Below are positions 47,852 to 56,329 of a stretch of 64,000 nucleotides of DNA, one piece after another. Numbering within the stretch: position 1 is the stretch's first letter; the number at the start of each line of letters is the position of its first letter. The translations under genes were made by a program, and so were the position numbers. Source of the stretch: a virus; the IMG/VR virus record IMGVR_UViG_3300025699_000004, one strand, 5' to 3'. The notes under the pieces were generated by a model that saw only the letters and a list, made by a program, of their open reading frames with translations, ran no database searches and was not told where the DNA came from.

Positions 47852-48358
47852 TTAATCTACAAGAACGTTTTCGCCTTGAATTCTCATTGAAAGAATGTTT
47901 TCAAGTTTAACGTCTCGCAAGATTACCTTTTTGGTTAATTCTTCTTGAGTTGAACTTTCTCTCTTTTTTGGCAAGAATTCTTCGATTGCGCTTTTTTCAA
48001 TTGGCGCGCCGTTTTCTAAGAAATAATTTACTTCAAAAGTTTTTTCAACTTTGCATTCTAAGTAATGATTTCCTTTGTGTTCGACAAGCGCGCTTTTTGG
48101 CAAGCGAATTCCCCAACGGCGCGGTTGAACTTGAAAATCAATATTCTTGTTTTCGCGTTTCGCTTGGTTTTCTAAAGAATTAGAATAATGGAATCCAATG
48201 TTTGCCAATAATCTTGTTTTCTTTAAAACCTTTCCGTATGGGTTTCCTGTTTTCTTTAGCCGCGCATCAGTTAAGATAGTCAATCCAATTAGAGAATGCC
48301 CAACGTAGTTGAGAAAGAACGTTAATAATTTATTCGTGGTATATGTAGTTTTAATCAT
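47852..48358 (-). CDS. Conserved hypothetical phage protein
   Basis: PRRWG...LVEHKGNHYLE motif; start re-assigned to ATG 48358, 35 nt from TTGACG. Confidence 0.7.
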   Translation of the reverse strand: MIKTTYTTNKLLTFFLNYVGHSLIGLTILTDARLKKTGNPYGKVLKKTRLLANIGFHYSNSLENQAKRENKNIDFQVQPRRWGIRLPKSALVEHKGNHYLECKVEKTFEVNYFLENGAPIEKSAIEEFLPKKRESSTQEELTKKVILRDVKLENILSMRIQGENVLVD

Positions 48359-48797
48359 AAGTACATTATCGCATAACAAGTTGATTACGTCAAATAAAAA
48401 TAAAACTTTTTTTTCAAGGTAATTGAAAAGCAAATAATCCGACAAGAAAGATTAATCCAATTAAAATCATTTGTTCGCCTTTGGTATGGAGTCAATAGCT
48501 TGTTTCCTTGTATAATTAAAACGTTTCATGATGTATAAAATCATTTGTTCGCCTTTTAATTGTTTTGTTTGTTCGCTCATTGTCTTTTAATTATATTGTT
48601 TTATTCTTCCATGCAAGATAAATCATTCTTTCTTGCCAATGTTTAAAATAGATTGTTTCAATTACTTTTCCGTTTTCTGTAATCTCTAATATGTATTTGT
48701 TATTATTCATTTTTATTTTTCGCTTGTTATTTTGTTCTATTTAAAAAATTTCCTGTTTGTATTTGACGGAAAACAGGGAAAAACGTTTTTATTCTAT

Positions 48798-49085
48798 TTA
48801 ATTACTTAACACGTGCCAATCGTACAAGTCAAGCACTTTAGCGCCGTTATAATATTGTTCGTGATCTTTTTGATAAACATCGACATTTAAAATTCCTCTT
48901 AAACGTTCTCTCGTTGTAGCAGATCCCCAACCCGCAAAGGTAAAAAGAATTACGCCGCTTGGATCTCTTTTAATTATCTCATTACCACGATAAAAAACTG
49001 ATGTGCCATCAGTGAAATCATGATTGATTTTCTTTGTTTGCCGTGCGAAGAATGCTTCTTTGATTTTTTCTGTTACTTTATTCAT
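48798..49085 (-). CDS. Hypothetical phage protein
   Basis: AGWGSATTRERL motif; AAAGGAG SD. Confidence 0.7.
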   Translation of the reverse strand: MNKVTEKIKEAFFARQTKKINHDFTDGTSVFYRGNEIIKRDPSGVILFTFAGWGSATTRERLRGILNVDVYQKDHEQYYNGAKVLDLYDWHVLSN

Positions 49086-49101
49086 TTTGTTTTTTCTCCT
49101 T

Positions 49102-49341
49102 TTAGTTATTTGAATTTAATCTAATATTGCGCGCATTTAATCGATTGTCAAATTCTTTTTCTGTAATGAAAAGATCCTCATTAAAAGAATAATAACAATG
49201 AGATTGTTCTACTACGTTATAAACGTATATATACCACCGCCCGCTAATTTCAGACGGGATCTCGTCGCCACCGCACGCTATTCTGTAAGGGTGTTGCCAC
49301 CCGCTTTTCCAATCGTAAGGACATTGTATTGTTTTAATCAT
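49102..49341 (-). CDS. Hypothetical protein (leaderless-type promoter)
   Basis: TTGACG 35 nt upstream of ATG. Confidence 0.7.
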   Translation of the reverse strand: MIKTIQCPYDWKSGWQHPYRIACGGDEIPSEISGRWYIYVYNVVEQSHCYYSFNEDLFITEKEFDNRLNARNIRLNSNN

Positions 49342-49383
49342 ATAAACAAATTGCCACGTCTTTAATCTTACGTCAAATAAATT

Positions 49384-49614
49384 TTAATCTTTTTTAAAGT
49401 TTTTCTTTCCCTGGTAATTCTCAGGAAAAAGTTTAACGTGCAAACACATAAAACAAAATAAACTAATTAAATAGAATATAATTGAAAAGAGAAAAAACCA
49501 ATTAGAATGGTGCGAGGTAAAGGCAAAGTATATAATAAAAGATCCAATAAAAAACGATAAAGCTTGAACAATACAAAGGAATGAATCTTGTAAACTAGAA
49601 ATTAATATTTTCAT
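49384..49614 (-). CDS. Two-helix membrane protein
   Basis: Two hydrophobic aromatic-rich helices. Confidence 0.6.
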   Translation of the reverse strand: MKILISSLQDSFLCIVQALSFFIGSFIIYFAFTSHHSNWFFLFSIIFYLISLFCFMCLHVKLFPENYQGKKNFKKD

Positions 49615-49706
49615 TTATTTATTTTATTTAGATTATTTTTCTTTTTATTTTATTTAGAATAAATTAGCTTTTATTTAAGGGAAAAGCTTAAAACCTTCTA
49701 TTTAAT

Positions 49707-49892
49707 TTAAATCGGCAATTTCTTTAATTGAATTATTTCTTTAACTTGTTCCTTCCCAAGTCTTTGTTTTGCATCTTTTGCATTATATCCCCATTGCTCA
49801 AATTGAGATCCATCTTTTAGAATAATGAGATATGTACCGATTTGCTTTTGTGCTTCGGAGCGCCGTTCGTAGTAATCTTGATTTTTGTCCAT
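49707..49892 (-). CDS. Hypothetical protein (leaderless-type promoter)
   Basis: TTGACA-17-TAGTTT-5-ATG. Confidence 0.7.
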   Translation of the reverse strand: MDKNQDYYERRSEAQKQIGTYLIILKDGSQFEQWGYNAKDAKQRLGKEQVKEIIQLKKLPI

Positions 49893-49935
49893 ACCATAAA
49901 CTAGTTTAATTAATTTGTTTTGTCAAATCTTTTTT

Positions 49936-50118
49936 TTACATATCCCACTCGCCCGCTTTTACGTTGTCGATGTCTTGCATAGCTTTATCGTAGGCAGTAT
50001 ATTCGCTTGTATCGTTTTTCTCGTCATCATACAATTCAAGTATATCACTTGCATACTGAGCATTAAATGATTCCTCTTTAACTAATCTATTTAATTCCTT
50101 TTTTAATTGTTCCCTCAT
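49936..50118 (-). CDS. Hypothetical protein
   Basis: 60-aa acidic ORF. Confidence 0.6.
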   Translation of the reverse strand: MREQLKKELNRLVKEESFNAQYASDILELYDDEKNDTSEYTAYDKAMQDIDNVKAGEWDM

Positions 50119-50211
50119 GATATTTTTTTCTATTTAGTTTATTTTTTGCTTGTTATTTAATATATAAAAAATGGCTTTTATTAAGGGAAAAGCCTAAAAC
50201 CTTTTAATCAA

Positions 50212-50433
50212 TTAAATGATTTGCCCGCCATTCTTATAAAAGTTTAATTCGAATTGATCCAAAACCTTTTGTTTGTTTCCTTTGTATCCGAATAACTTTT
50301 TAACTTGTGAGTAACAAGTCGGCGCTTTATTGGTTAATCTCATTCCGTTGCCTTTTGCTTCTAATCTTAATCCAATTAGAAGATGTTTCATTTTGTAGGC
50401 GTGGATGCTTTCTTTGGTGTCTAATATAATCAT
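50212..50433 (-). CDS. Hypothetical protein (leaderless-type promoter)
   Basis: TCGACA-17-TACTCT-6-ATG. Confidence 0.7.
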   Translation of the reverse strand: MIILDTKESIHAYKMKHLLIGLRLEAKGNGMRLTNKAPTCYSQVKKLFGYKGNKQKVLDQFELNFYKNGGQII

Positions 50434-50585
50434 AAGTATAGAGTAGTCTATATAATTCTAAATGTCGAATCTTTTTTTAAGTTTTTTTCTATTGTATTTC
50501 TTTTTGTCTTTATGTGGGCGTGACTTAGTAAATAAAATCTTTAATCTTATCTTAATTACTTTATTCTTTTTCTTTTTCTTGCTCA

Positions 50586-50792
50586 TTAGAATTTGACTTG
50601 AATGCCTAACTCATTTTTTACCCATCTACGTACAGGATGAATTGCTCGCTCGCTAAAATGCATAAGATATTGAGTATTAGCTTTTGGATGTGTCAGAAAA
50701 GCGCCGTTCTTTGTTTCCCTCATTATTACGCCGTTCTTTCTTAATTGTTTAATGACTTTTTTCATTCCGTTGGATATATGTTTATTGTTCAT
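50586..50792 (-). CDS. Small basic protein, possibly HicA-like fold
   Basis: VIKQLRKNG...AFLTHP...YLMH pattern; TTGCAA 35 nt upstream. Confidence 0.4.
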   Translation of the reverse strand: MNNKHISNGMKKVIKQLRKNGVIMRETKNGAFLTHPKANTQYLMHFSERAIHPVRRWVKNELGIQVKF

Positions 50793-50828
50793 AATATACT
50801 TTTCGCATAGTTTTCGCTTAATTGCAAA

Positions 50829-51092
50829 TCATTTTACAAATATTTGATTAATGTATTTTGTTGCTTGCTTATTGCTTCCAAGTGTTACCTTAGACTGAAG
50901 GCTGTTAGCAATCTTGTTTATCTTTGTTCTCGCTTCCTTTTTATCTTCGGCTTGTACTACAATTACATTATTCGTCATTACTGAATTGATAAATGTATTT
51001 GTATTTGTATTAAACAAAGGAAGTTTTGAATCATCATTACTGAAGATATGAACGTTGCCTGTGAAGGTTTTTTGCTTGTTACTCTTTATCAT
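50829..51092 (-). CDS. Hypothetical protein (leaderless-type promoter)
   Basis: TTGCAA 35 nt upstream of ATG. Confidence 0.65.
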   Translation of the reverse strand: MIKSNKQKTFTGNVHIFSNDDSKLPLFNTNTNTFINSVMTNNVIVVQAEDKKEARTKINKIANSLQSKVTLGSNKQATKYINQIFVK

Positions 51093-51254
51093 TTCTACAT
51101 ATAACTATATAATTTAAACAATTGCAAATAAAAAATTAAAAAAAATTATTGGCATTAATATTGATATCGATAAACTAATTAAAACATTCATTTAATTAAT
51201 TTGGCATATTGTGACTTAGTAAAAAGGCTAAGAAAATAACTCCTATTAATATCA

Positions 51255-51431
51255 TTATTCTTTTTCTAATTGAATTCTAATGTATGGCTCGGAATATTCA
51301 TCCACATCCATGTCGGCATAATTACAGTCTTTAAAGTCTCCAATATCATCCACACCGTTATTGTCGGCAAAAGTATTTACCTTAAAACTACATAAATCAT
51401 TACCATTATAATCTTCTATTACTATCTTCAT
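51255..51431 (-). CDS. 58-aa acidic hypothetical protein (not in the ORF track)
   Basis: MKIVIEDYNGNDLCSFKV...YIRIQLEKE. Confidence 0.55.
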   Translation of the reverse strand: MKIVIEDYNGNDLCSFKVNTFADNNGVDDIGDFKDCNYADMDVDEYSEPYIRIQLEKE

Positions 51432-51502
51432 ATATTTCTTTCTATTTATTTTATTTTCGCTTATTTTTTGATCTATTTAAAACAATAGCAAAAGACTTGG
51501 CT

Positions 51503-52213
51503 CTAATGAGCCAAGTATGCTATAGGTTTTTTAAAGTCTTTGATAAAACAATTGTTGCAATTGTTTCCTGCGCAAGTGTGATCATCTTTGTTTGACGTTG
51601 CAGGACAAACGGAATGCCCGTCGGCAATAGCCTTTTTAGCGCAACTATAGACTGACGTTCCTGCATCTAATCCTGCTATACTTGGCGCTTTTTCATCTAT
51701 ATATAAAGCGCTTGGTTTAATTACAACGTTTGGCAAGCTTGCCAAATCTTTTAGCGCATCCATTTGGCTTTCTCTAATATACTCACGTGTTGGAAACCAA
51801 AATTTAATTTGAGGAAAATTTTCGCAAACTCTTTTCCATGCATTAATATACTTTACTGAGAATAAGTCTCCACTATCGTGAACACGAAAAAGACTTGTAT
51901 CGATATTCTTTAATTTTTTAGCAACTCCGTTTTTAAAGTACTTTTTTTCGATTTGCTTAGATATCTCGTTAACAAACGTGTCGCCATTGTCTTTTCTTAA
52001 TGAATCAATAACAAAATCAGCGCGCGCTTGCAAACTAGCTTTAACATTAGAAAAAGTATAAAAACCTTTACAAGCATAACAACTTGAACAAATTAATTTG
52101 TCGAGTTTTTCTTTTACTTTAAATAAAAGTTTCGCGGCAGGACAATACTTTAATGCAGGAATGTTAAAACCTACACAAGGCATTTTGGATGGGTTGGATA
52201 ATAAGTTAATCAT
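51503..52213 (-). CDS. GP88-like (gene product 88) Cys-rich protein
   Basis: SKMP...PA..YCP...CSSCYACKG.Y, FRVHDSGD, FWFPTRE, C-terminal CP...C..C..C. Confidence 0.75.
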   Translation of the reverse strand: MINLLSNPSKMPCVGFNIPALKYCPAAKLLFKVKEKLDKLICSSCYACKGFYTFSNVKASLQARADFVIDSLRKDNGDTFVNEISKQIEKKYFKNGVAKKLKNIDTSLFRVHDSGDLFSVKYINAWKRVCENFPQIKFWFPTREYIRESQMDALKDLASLPNVVIKPSALYIDEKAPSIAGLDAGTSVYSCAKKAIADGHSVCPATSNKDDHTCAGNNCNNCFIKDFKKPIAYLAH

Positions 52214-52253
52214 ATAAATAGTATTCCATAGGTTTTTCTAGATTGCAAACTTT

Positions 52254-52291
52254 TTTTTAAAAAAAAATAGCCTAGGTTTTACCCTAGGCTA
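52254..52291 (-). terminator. Intrinsic terminator
   Basis: TAGCCTAGG-TTTTAC-CCTAGGCTA with A tract. Confidence 0.75.
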
Positions 52292-52505
52292 AATTGATTT
52301 AATTAAACTATAACGCCCAACATCCACCAAGGTTTTGATTCACTTGGCTTCTTCCATTGAAACGTTCCATCTTTTAATCTATACAGAATAAATCCATTCT
52401 TCGTTGGCTGTTTAGATAGTTTTACTGCAATAATTTTCTTATTAATATTCATTTGATTATTTTCGTTTATTTATTTTCGCTTGTCAAATTTATTTTTTGA
52501 TTATT

Positions 52506-52535
52506 TAGGGTAAGGGGAGAAATCCCCTTACCCTA
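52506..52535. terminator. 13-bp perfect stem with 4-nt loop
   Basis: TAGGGTAAGGGGA-GAAA-TCCCCTTACCCTA. Confidence 0.7.
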
Positions 52536-52540
52536 TCACA

Positions 52541-52759
52541 TTAACTATTACTATCCAAATAGTTTTGAATTGCCTTGGCATCTCTTACGAGAGCCTCCAT
52601 GCTTACCCAACTATACTTGCCATCTTCTTGATCCTTCTTTTCCTTCTCAATGATGATGTCGGCGTTCTTGACGATTTCGTCTAGGTAACGATTAAGTCCT
52701 TCTGCAAGGATAATGTTACCGAGTCCGAAGTGATTTCTTATATGTTCGATTTGATCCAT
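52541..52759 (-). CDS. Hypothetical protein (leaderless-type promoter)
   Basis: TTGCAA-16-TAGTTT-6-ATG. Confidence 0.7.
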   Translation of the reverse strand: MDQIEHIRNHFGLGNIILAEGLNRYLDEIVKNADIIIEKEKKDQEDGKYSWVSMEALVRDAKAIQNYLDSNS

Positions 52760-52811
52760 ACCAATAAACTAACACGCCTTTGTTTGATTGCAAACTTTTT
52801 TTTAAAAAAAA

Positions 52812-53105
52812 TTAATCATACATTTGTCTAAGCATATCAACATCAACGCCGTCAATATGTCTTGGAACATGATTTGTATGGGCATCTTCAACTAATCCAT
52901 TAATTAAATCCCCTGCATTTTCTGCATCCATTGGCTCTAGTATATTTTTTGATTCAACTAGCATAATATCAAAACCTTCTTTAGTTATGATTATTTGCTC
53001 ATCATCACGAAGTTTGCCTTGAATATATTTGAGCGCGACGTGTAAATCTTTCATTGATCTATTTGTTTTTGAAAATGCCATGCTACAATATACATAATAA
53101 TCCAA
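52812..53105 (-). CDS. Hypothetical protein
   Basis: 97-aa ORF; start uncertain. Confidence 0.55.
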   Translation of the reverse strand: MDYYVYCSMAFSKTNRSMKDLHVALKYIQGKLRDDEQIIITKEGFDIMLVESKNILEPMDAENAGDLINGLVEDAHTNHVPRHIDGVDVDMLRQMYD

Positions 53106-53350
53106 GGTAATACAATTAAAACGTCATCTATCTTATTTATAAAACTAATTATTTCGTTCATATTTATTTATTTAATTTATTTTAATATCCTAACCAATTT
53201 AATACATACTGAGCATTATATTCTTCTTTAACTCCATAGATTGAATAAAAATTATCTATATCATTAAAAGCATTATGCTCTTTAATTTCTTGTATTGCTC
53301 TTTGTTTAGATATAACTAAACCCTCTGCGCTATCGTAATAATCCATTTAA

Positions 53351-53662
53351 TTAATATGCTTGAATGATTATGCCTCCATTGGCTAATTCCAATACCATAG
53401 TTTGATCTCTTAAATAGTCAAGAGCATAGTCATCATCATCTTCATCTTCTTCTGCTTCATAACCATAGTCCTGCTTCCATTCTTCAAGACTAGCATACTC
53501 TGTATACTCGCAACAAACTGCAATAGGATCAAGCTCCATTTCGGGAGAAAGCTCCTCGAACATTTCAAATAAAGCCTTTCGACCTGCTACTGTGAAGTTA
53601 GTTGCTCTGTTTACGTCGTCAAAAGACTTAACGAAATCCCATTCTGTAATTGTTTGAATCAT
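53351..53662 (-). CDS. Conserved acidic phage protein
   Basis: NFT..GRKALFE...LDPIAVCCEYTEY motif. Confidence 0.7.
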   Translation of the reverse strand: MIQTITEWDFVKSFDDVNRATNFTVAGRKALFEMFEELSPEMELDPIAVCCEYTEYASLEEWKQDYGYEAEEDEDDDDYALDYLRDQTMVLELANGGIIIQAY

Positions 53663-53668
53663 AATAAT

Positions 53669-53884
53669 TTAATTAATTTTGAGTTGTTGGTAGTTGTATA
53701 ATATATATTCGCTCACATCTTCGATTTTGTCAAGAGCATCTTTGAGAATTCTTTCTGTATCGCTCTTGCGCATCATATTCTTTTGATTAAAATACTCTAA
53801 AGCTTTTAAATGCCCTTTGGCTTTAGATAAATCTAATAGTTTTTGATGCAATGGTTCTCTTTCTAATTCTTTAGTAACTTTCAT
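53669..53884 (-). CDS. Hypothetical protein (leaderless-type promoter)
   Basis: TTGACG-17-TAAAGT-6-ATG(53884). Confidence 0.7.
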   Translation of the reverse strand: MKVTKELEREPLHQKLLDLSKAKGHLKALEYFNQKNMMRKSDTERILKDALDKIEDVSEYILYNYQQLKIN

Positions 53885-53915
53885 AATCATACTTTAAAAC
53901 AGATTAGTTTAAACG

Positions 53916-54197
53916 TCAAACTTTTTCTTTCCTTAATTGTTTTGTTTCGGGCGGGTATACATGGCAGGGTTCATCTGCTCCATTCTGTTTAATATACCAA
54001 GCAGGTGGATCAAGGGGTTGGACAAGTAAACCAATATATCCATGCTCTACAAAGTATTTTAATACTTTTGACCTGCCGATATTATTCATTGGAACATCTA
54101 TTTCAGTTCCCACAGGTGGAATTGGTTTATCTGAAGACCATTGAAGTTCTTCAAACTCAGTATAAGACGATACGGGTTGTTTTACTAATTCGTGCAT
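53916..54197 (-). CDS. Hypothetical protein (leaderless-type promoter)
   Basis: TTGACT-17-TAATTT-6-ATG. Confidence 0.7.
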   Translation of the reverse strand: MHELVKQPVSSYTEFEELQWSSDKPIPPVGTEIDVPMNNIGRSKVLKYFVEHGYIGLLVQPLDPPAWYIKQNGADEPCHVYPPETKQLRKEKV

Positions 54198-54243
54198 ATT
54201 TGGAAATTATAATAGATTAATTTAAAAGTCAAATTTATTTTTA

Positions 54244-54495
54244 TTATTCTACGCCTAGAATTGTTTTTAATTGGCGATAATGTTCTGTTCTAATAAATAC
54301 TTCTCTAACATAGTCGTCAGATTCTGCTTCTACTTTTTCTATCCTGCTAGGAACAAATTGAGCGAAACACTCTTCTCTTTCTCTCATGCCCCATTTAATA
54401 ACTAACGGAGTATTAGGAAAGTATTTAATTAATTGTGGAAGTTGAACGGAGTCTACAAAACCCCAATTCTCGATAATATCTTTTATTAGTTGCAT
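54244..54495 (-). CDS. Hypothetical protein (leaderless-type promoter)
   Basis: TTGACT-17-TAAATT-6-ATG; promoter shares 30 identical bp with that of 54197. Confidence 0.7.
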   Translation of the reverse strand: MQLIKDIIENWGFVDSVQLPQLIKYFPNTPLVIKWGMREREECFAQFVPSRIEKVEAESDDYVREVFIRTEHYRQLKTILGVE

Positions 54496-54550
54496 GATTT
54501 AAATTTAGAATAGATTAATTTAAAAGTCAAATTTATTTTTGTGTTTTTAC

Positions 54551-54625
54551 CTCTTTCTCTCTCCCGAAGGTTGTAGGCGTGTGCTGACGCCTCGTTGTTC
54601 AATGCTTTCGCATCTACAGAAAGAG
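54551..54625 (-). ncRNA. Structured RNA module (multi-branch, GAAA and UUCG tetraloops)
   Basis: CTCTTTCT/AGAAAGAG closing stem, GTAG/CTAC, ATGC-GAAA-GCAT, GCGT/ACGC, CC-TTCG-GG. Confidence 0.65.
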
Positions 54626-54626
54626 C

Positions 54627-54745
54627 AGTCCCATAGGAGACTCGAACTCCTTTCTTTATTCCCTCTACGATGATCAATCGTTTGCAGTCGTAACTAGTAT
54701 TCTGCTCGTGGAAATAATGCTTTACCGATTATAAGCTAATGGGAC
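54627..54745 (-). ncRNA. tRNA-like RNA with ~46-nt structured insertion in the anticodon arm
   Basis: Acceptor GTCCCAT/ATGGGAC, D-arm GCTT/AAGC, T-arm AGGAG-TTCGAGT-CTCCT, anticodon stem TTATT/AATAA enclosing two hairpins; no CCA. Confidence 0.8.
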
Positions 54746-54749
54746 ACAT

Positions 54750-54766
54750 AAAATGTTAAAGAACTA
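54750..54766 (-). promoter_or_regulatory. rrn-type boxA-like element
   Basis: GTTCTTTAACATTTT 4 nt upstream of the tRNA-like RNA; same 13-mer at 58052-58064. Confidence 0.65.
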
Positions 54767-54786
54767 AGAACAATTAATCACATTAT

Positions 54787-55023
54787 TTAATCTACGTCAA
54801 ATAATTTTTTATTTTTTTCTAAATATTCTTCTCTAGCTATTTTGCCAGTAGCTAAAGCTATTTCATAACCTAATCTATTTAATTCAATTTTGATCACTTT
54901 TATCTTTCCTTTGTGATCGGGGGAAGGATTTATTTTCTCCTTTTCTCTGATTAATTTAAATTCGTTATACCTGCTAATGAGATATTTCAATCTCTCCGTT
55001 GGTGTCATTGGTTTAATGTTCAT
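54787..55023 (-). CDS. Hypothetical basic protein
   Basis: 78-aa ORF; its 3' end contains TTGACG for the downstream RNA. Confidence 0.6.
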   Translation of the reverse strand: MNIKPMTPTERLKYLISRYNEFKLIREKEKINPSPDHKGKIKVIKIELNRLGYEIALATGKIAREEYLEKNKKLFDVD

Positions 55024-55337
55024 ACCAATATAAAGGCAGGGACTTTTATTTTTTCCGCATTATTTTGAATTTTTCTTTATATTCTTTAATAACTAAATCG
55101 TTATTATTTAATCTTTTGTACATTGGCTTGTAGGTATCAAACGGAATGAATTCCTTTAATGTTCCCCAAGCTATTATTATTTCATTTAAGTTCATTAGCA
55201 ATTATTTACGCAATTATTATTTACCCCTGACCCACCCGATACTGACCTGTTATTTATATAATTATTATAACCAATTAAGAGTATCTATCTTATTTAAACT
55301 AAATTAATCAATTTGGGAACTTATTTATTACGGACAC

Positions 55338-55366
55338 AAAAAAACCTCCCCTATTTCTAGGGGAGG
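55338..55366 (-). terminator. Intrinsic terminator
   Basis: CCTCCCCT-ATTTCT-AGGGGAGG with A tract. Confidence 0.85.
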
Positions 55367-55390
55367 CATCTTCTTTCTAATTAATTATTA

Positions 55391-56245
55391 TTAATTGAGT
55401 GCCATGCACTCGTCCCAAACTCTGTTCATCAAGGTTGCATCTGAACCAAGAGTGAGAGAAGTCAATCTATTCTCTGCGATACTTGAAGTTTCAGAAGAAC
55501 GATGAGCTTTGCCATGATTTTGATATTCAGTAATACCATTAACTAAATCCCAAGCAGTTTCGCCTCTGTTGCCCATACCCTTGCTAAAGCGACTGAAGAC
55601 CTCATCTCTGATGTTCTCCGCTCTTTTGGACTCTCCCTTGAACAAACGATTGATAACCTCCCTAGCATCAGTAGGAGTAACAGGAGTTTCTGCTAAAGAA
55701 TAAATAATCTGTTTAGTTTCTGCATAAGCAGATTTGATTTCTTCCATTTGAGTATCTACATACCCCTGCAACTTATCTTCCATCTGCGCAGAATGTTTTA
55801 CCTTAACTACCGATTGACTATCTCTAGCAACCATACCATTTGTGCAAACTAATCTCTCCAACATTTTGTTGATAGTATGCTGAAGTGAACCATCGAACGA
55901 AGTCCAAAAGTAAACCACTTCGTCCATAGTATCCCCTACTTTAGGGTCAATTTCTATTGCATTTTTCTTGCGAAGAGAAAGAAATAACCTGCGACCTCCC
56001 TTGGCAAAACCTGCGGTATCAAAGGTCATATCCAAACCTTCACGAAGTGAATCTACATAATTAAAAGCTTTTGCAGGTTGCATAAGCGGATAAGTTTTAT
56101 TCACGATAGCAACAGGATTATCATTACCATCGAAAACTCCACGATAAGTTGGGAATTCTGAAATCGGGCGAAGAGAGTAATCCTGCTCTGCTCCGATGGT
56201 TTTTAATACTTCTGATACTGAGTTACATTCTGATACGTTATTCAT
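55391..56245 (-). CDS. DUF932-family protein (paralogue 2)
   Basis: VNKTYPLMQPAKAF, TAGFAKGGRRLF, SFDGS, RLVCTNGM, KHS, TAWDLVNGITEY; ATG 56245 has an AAAGGA SD. Confidence 0.85.
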   Translation of the reverse strand: MNNVSECNSVSEVLKTIGAEQDYSLRPISEFPTYRGVFDGNDNPVAIVNKTYPLMQPAKAFNYVDSLREGLDMTFDTAGFAKGGRRLFLSLRKKNAIEIDPKVGDTMDEVVYFWTSFDGSLQHTINKMLERLVCTNGMVARDSQSVVKVKHSAQMEDKLQGYVDTQMEEIKSAYAETKQIIYSLAETPVTPTDAREVINRLFKGESKRAENIRDEVFSRFSKGMGNRGETAWDLVNGITEYQNHGKAHRSSETSSIAENRLTSLTLGSDATLMNRVWDECMALN

Positions 56246-56329
56246 TTTGAATCCTTTTTTTGAGTTAATATTCATAAGACTATAAACACTATACTAAATA
56301 GATTAATTAATGTCAAACTTTTTAATTAA

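Noticed and set aside
54486-54677. 63-aa ORF in the track
   Set aside because: It overlaps the tRNA-like and three-way-junction RNA structures and has a non-ATG start; likely spurious.
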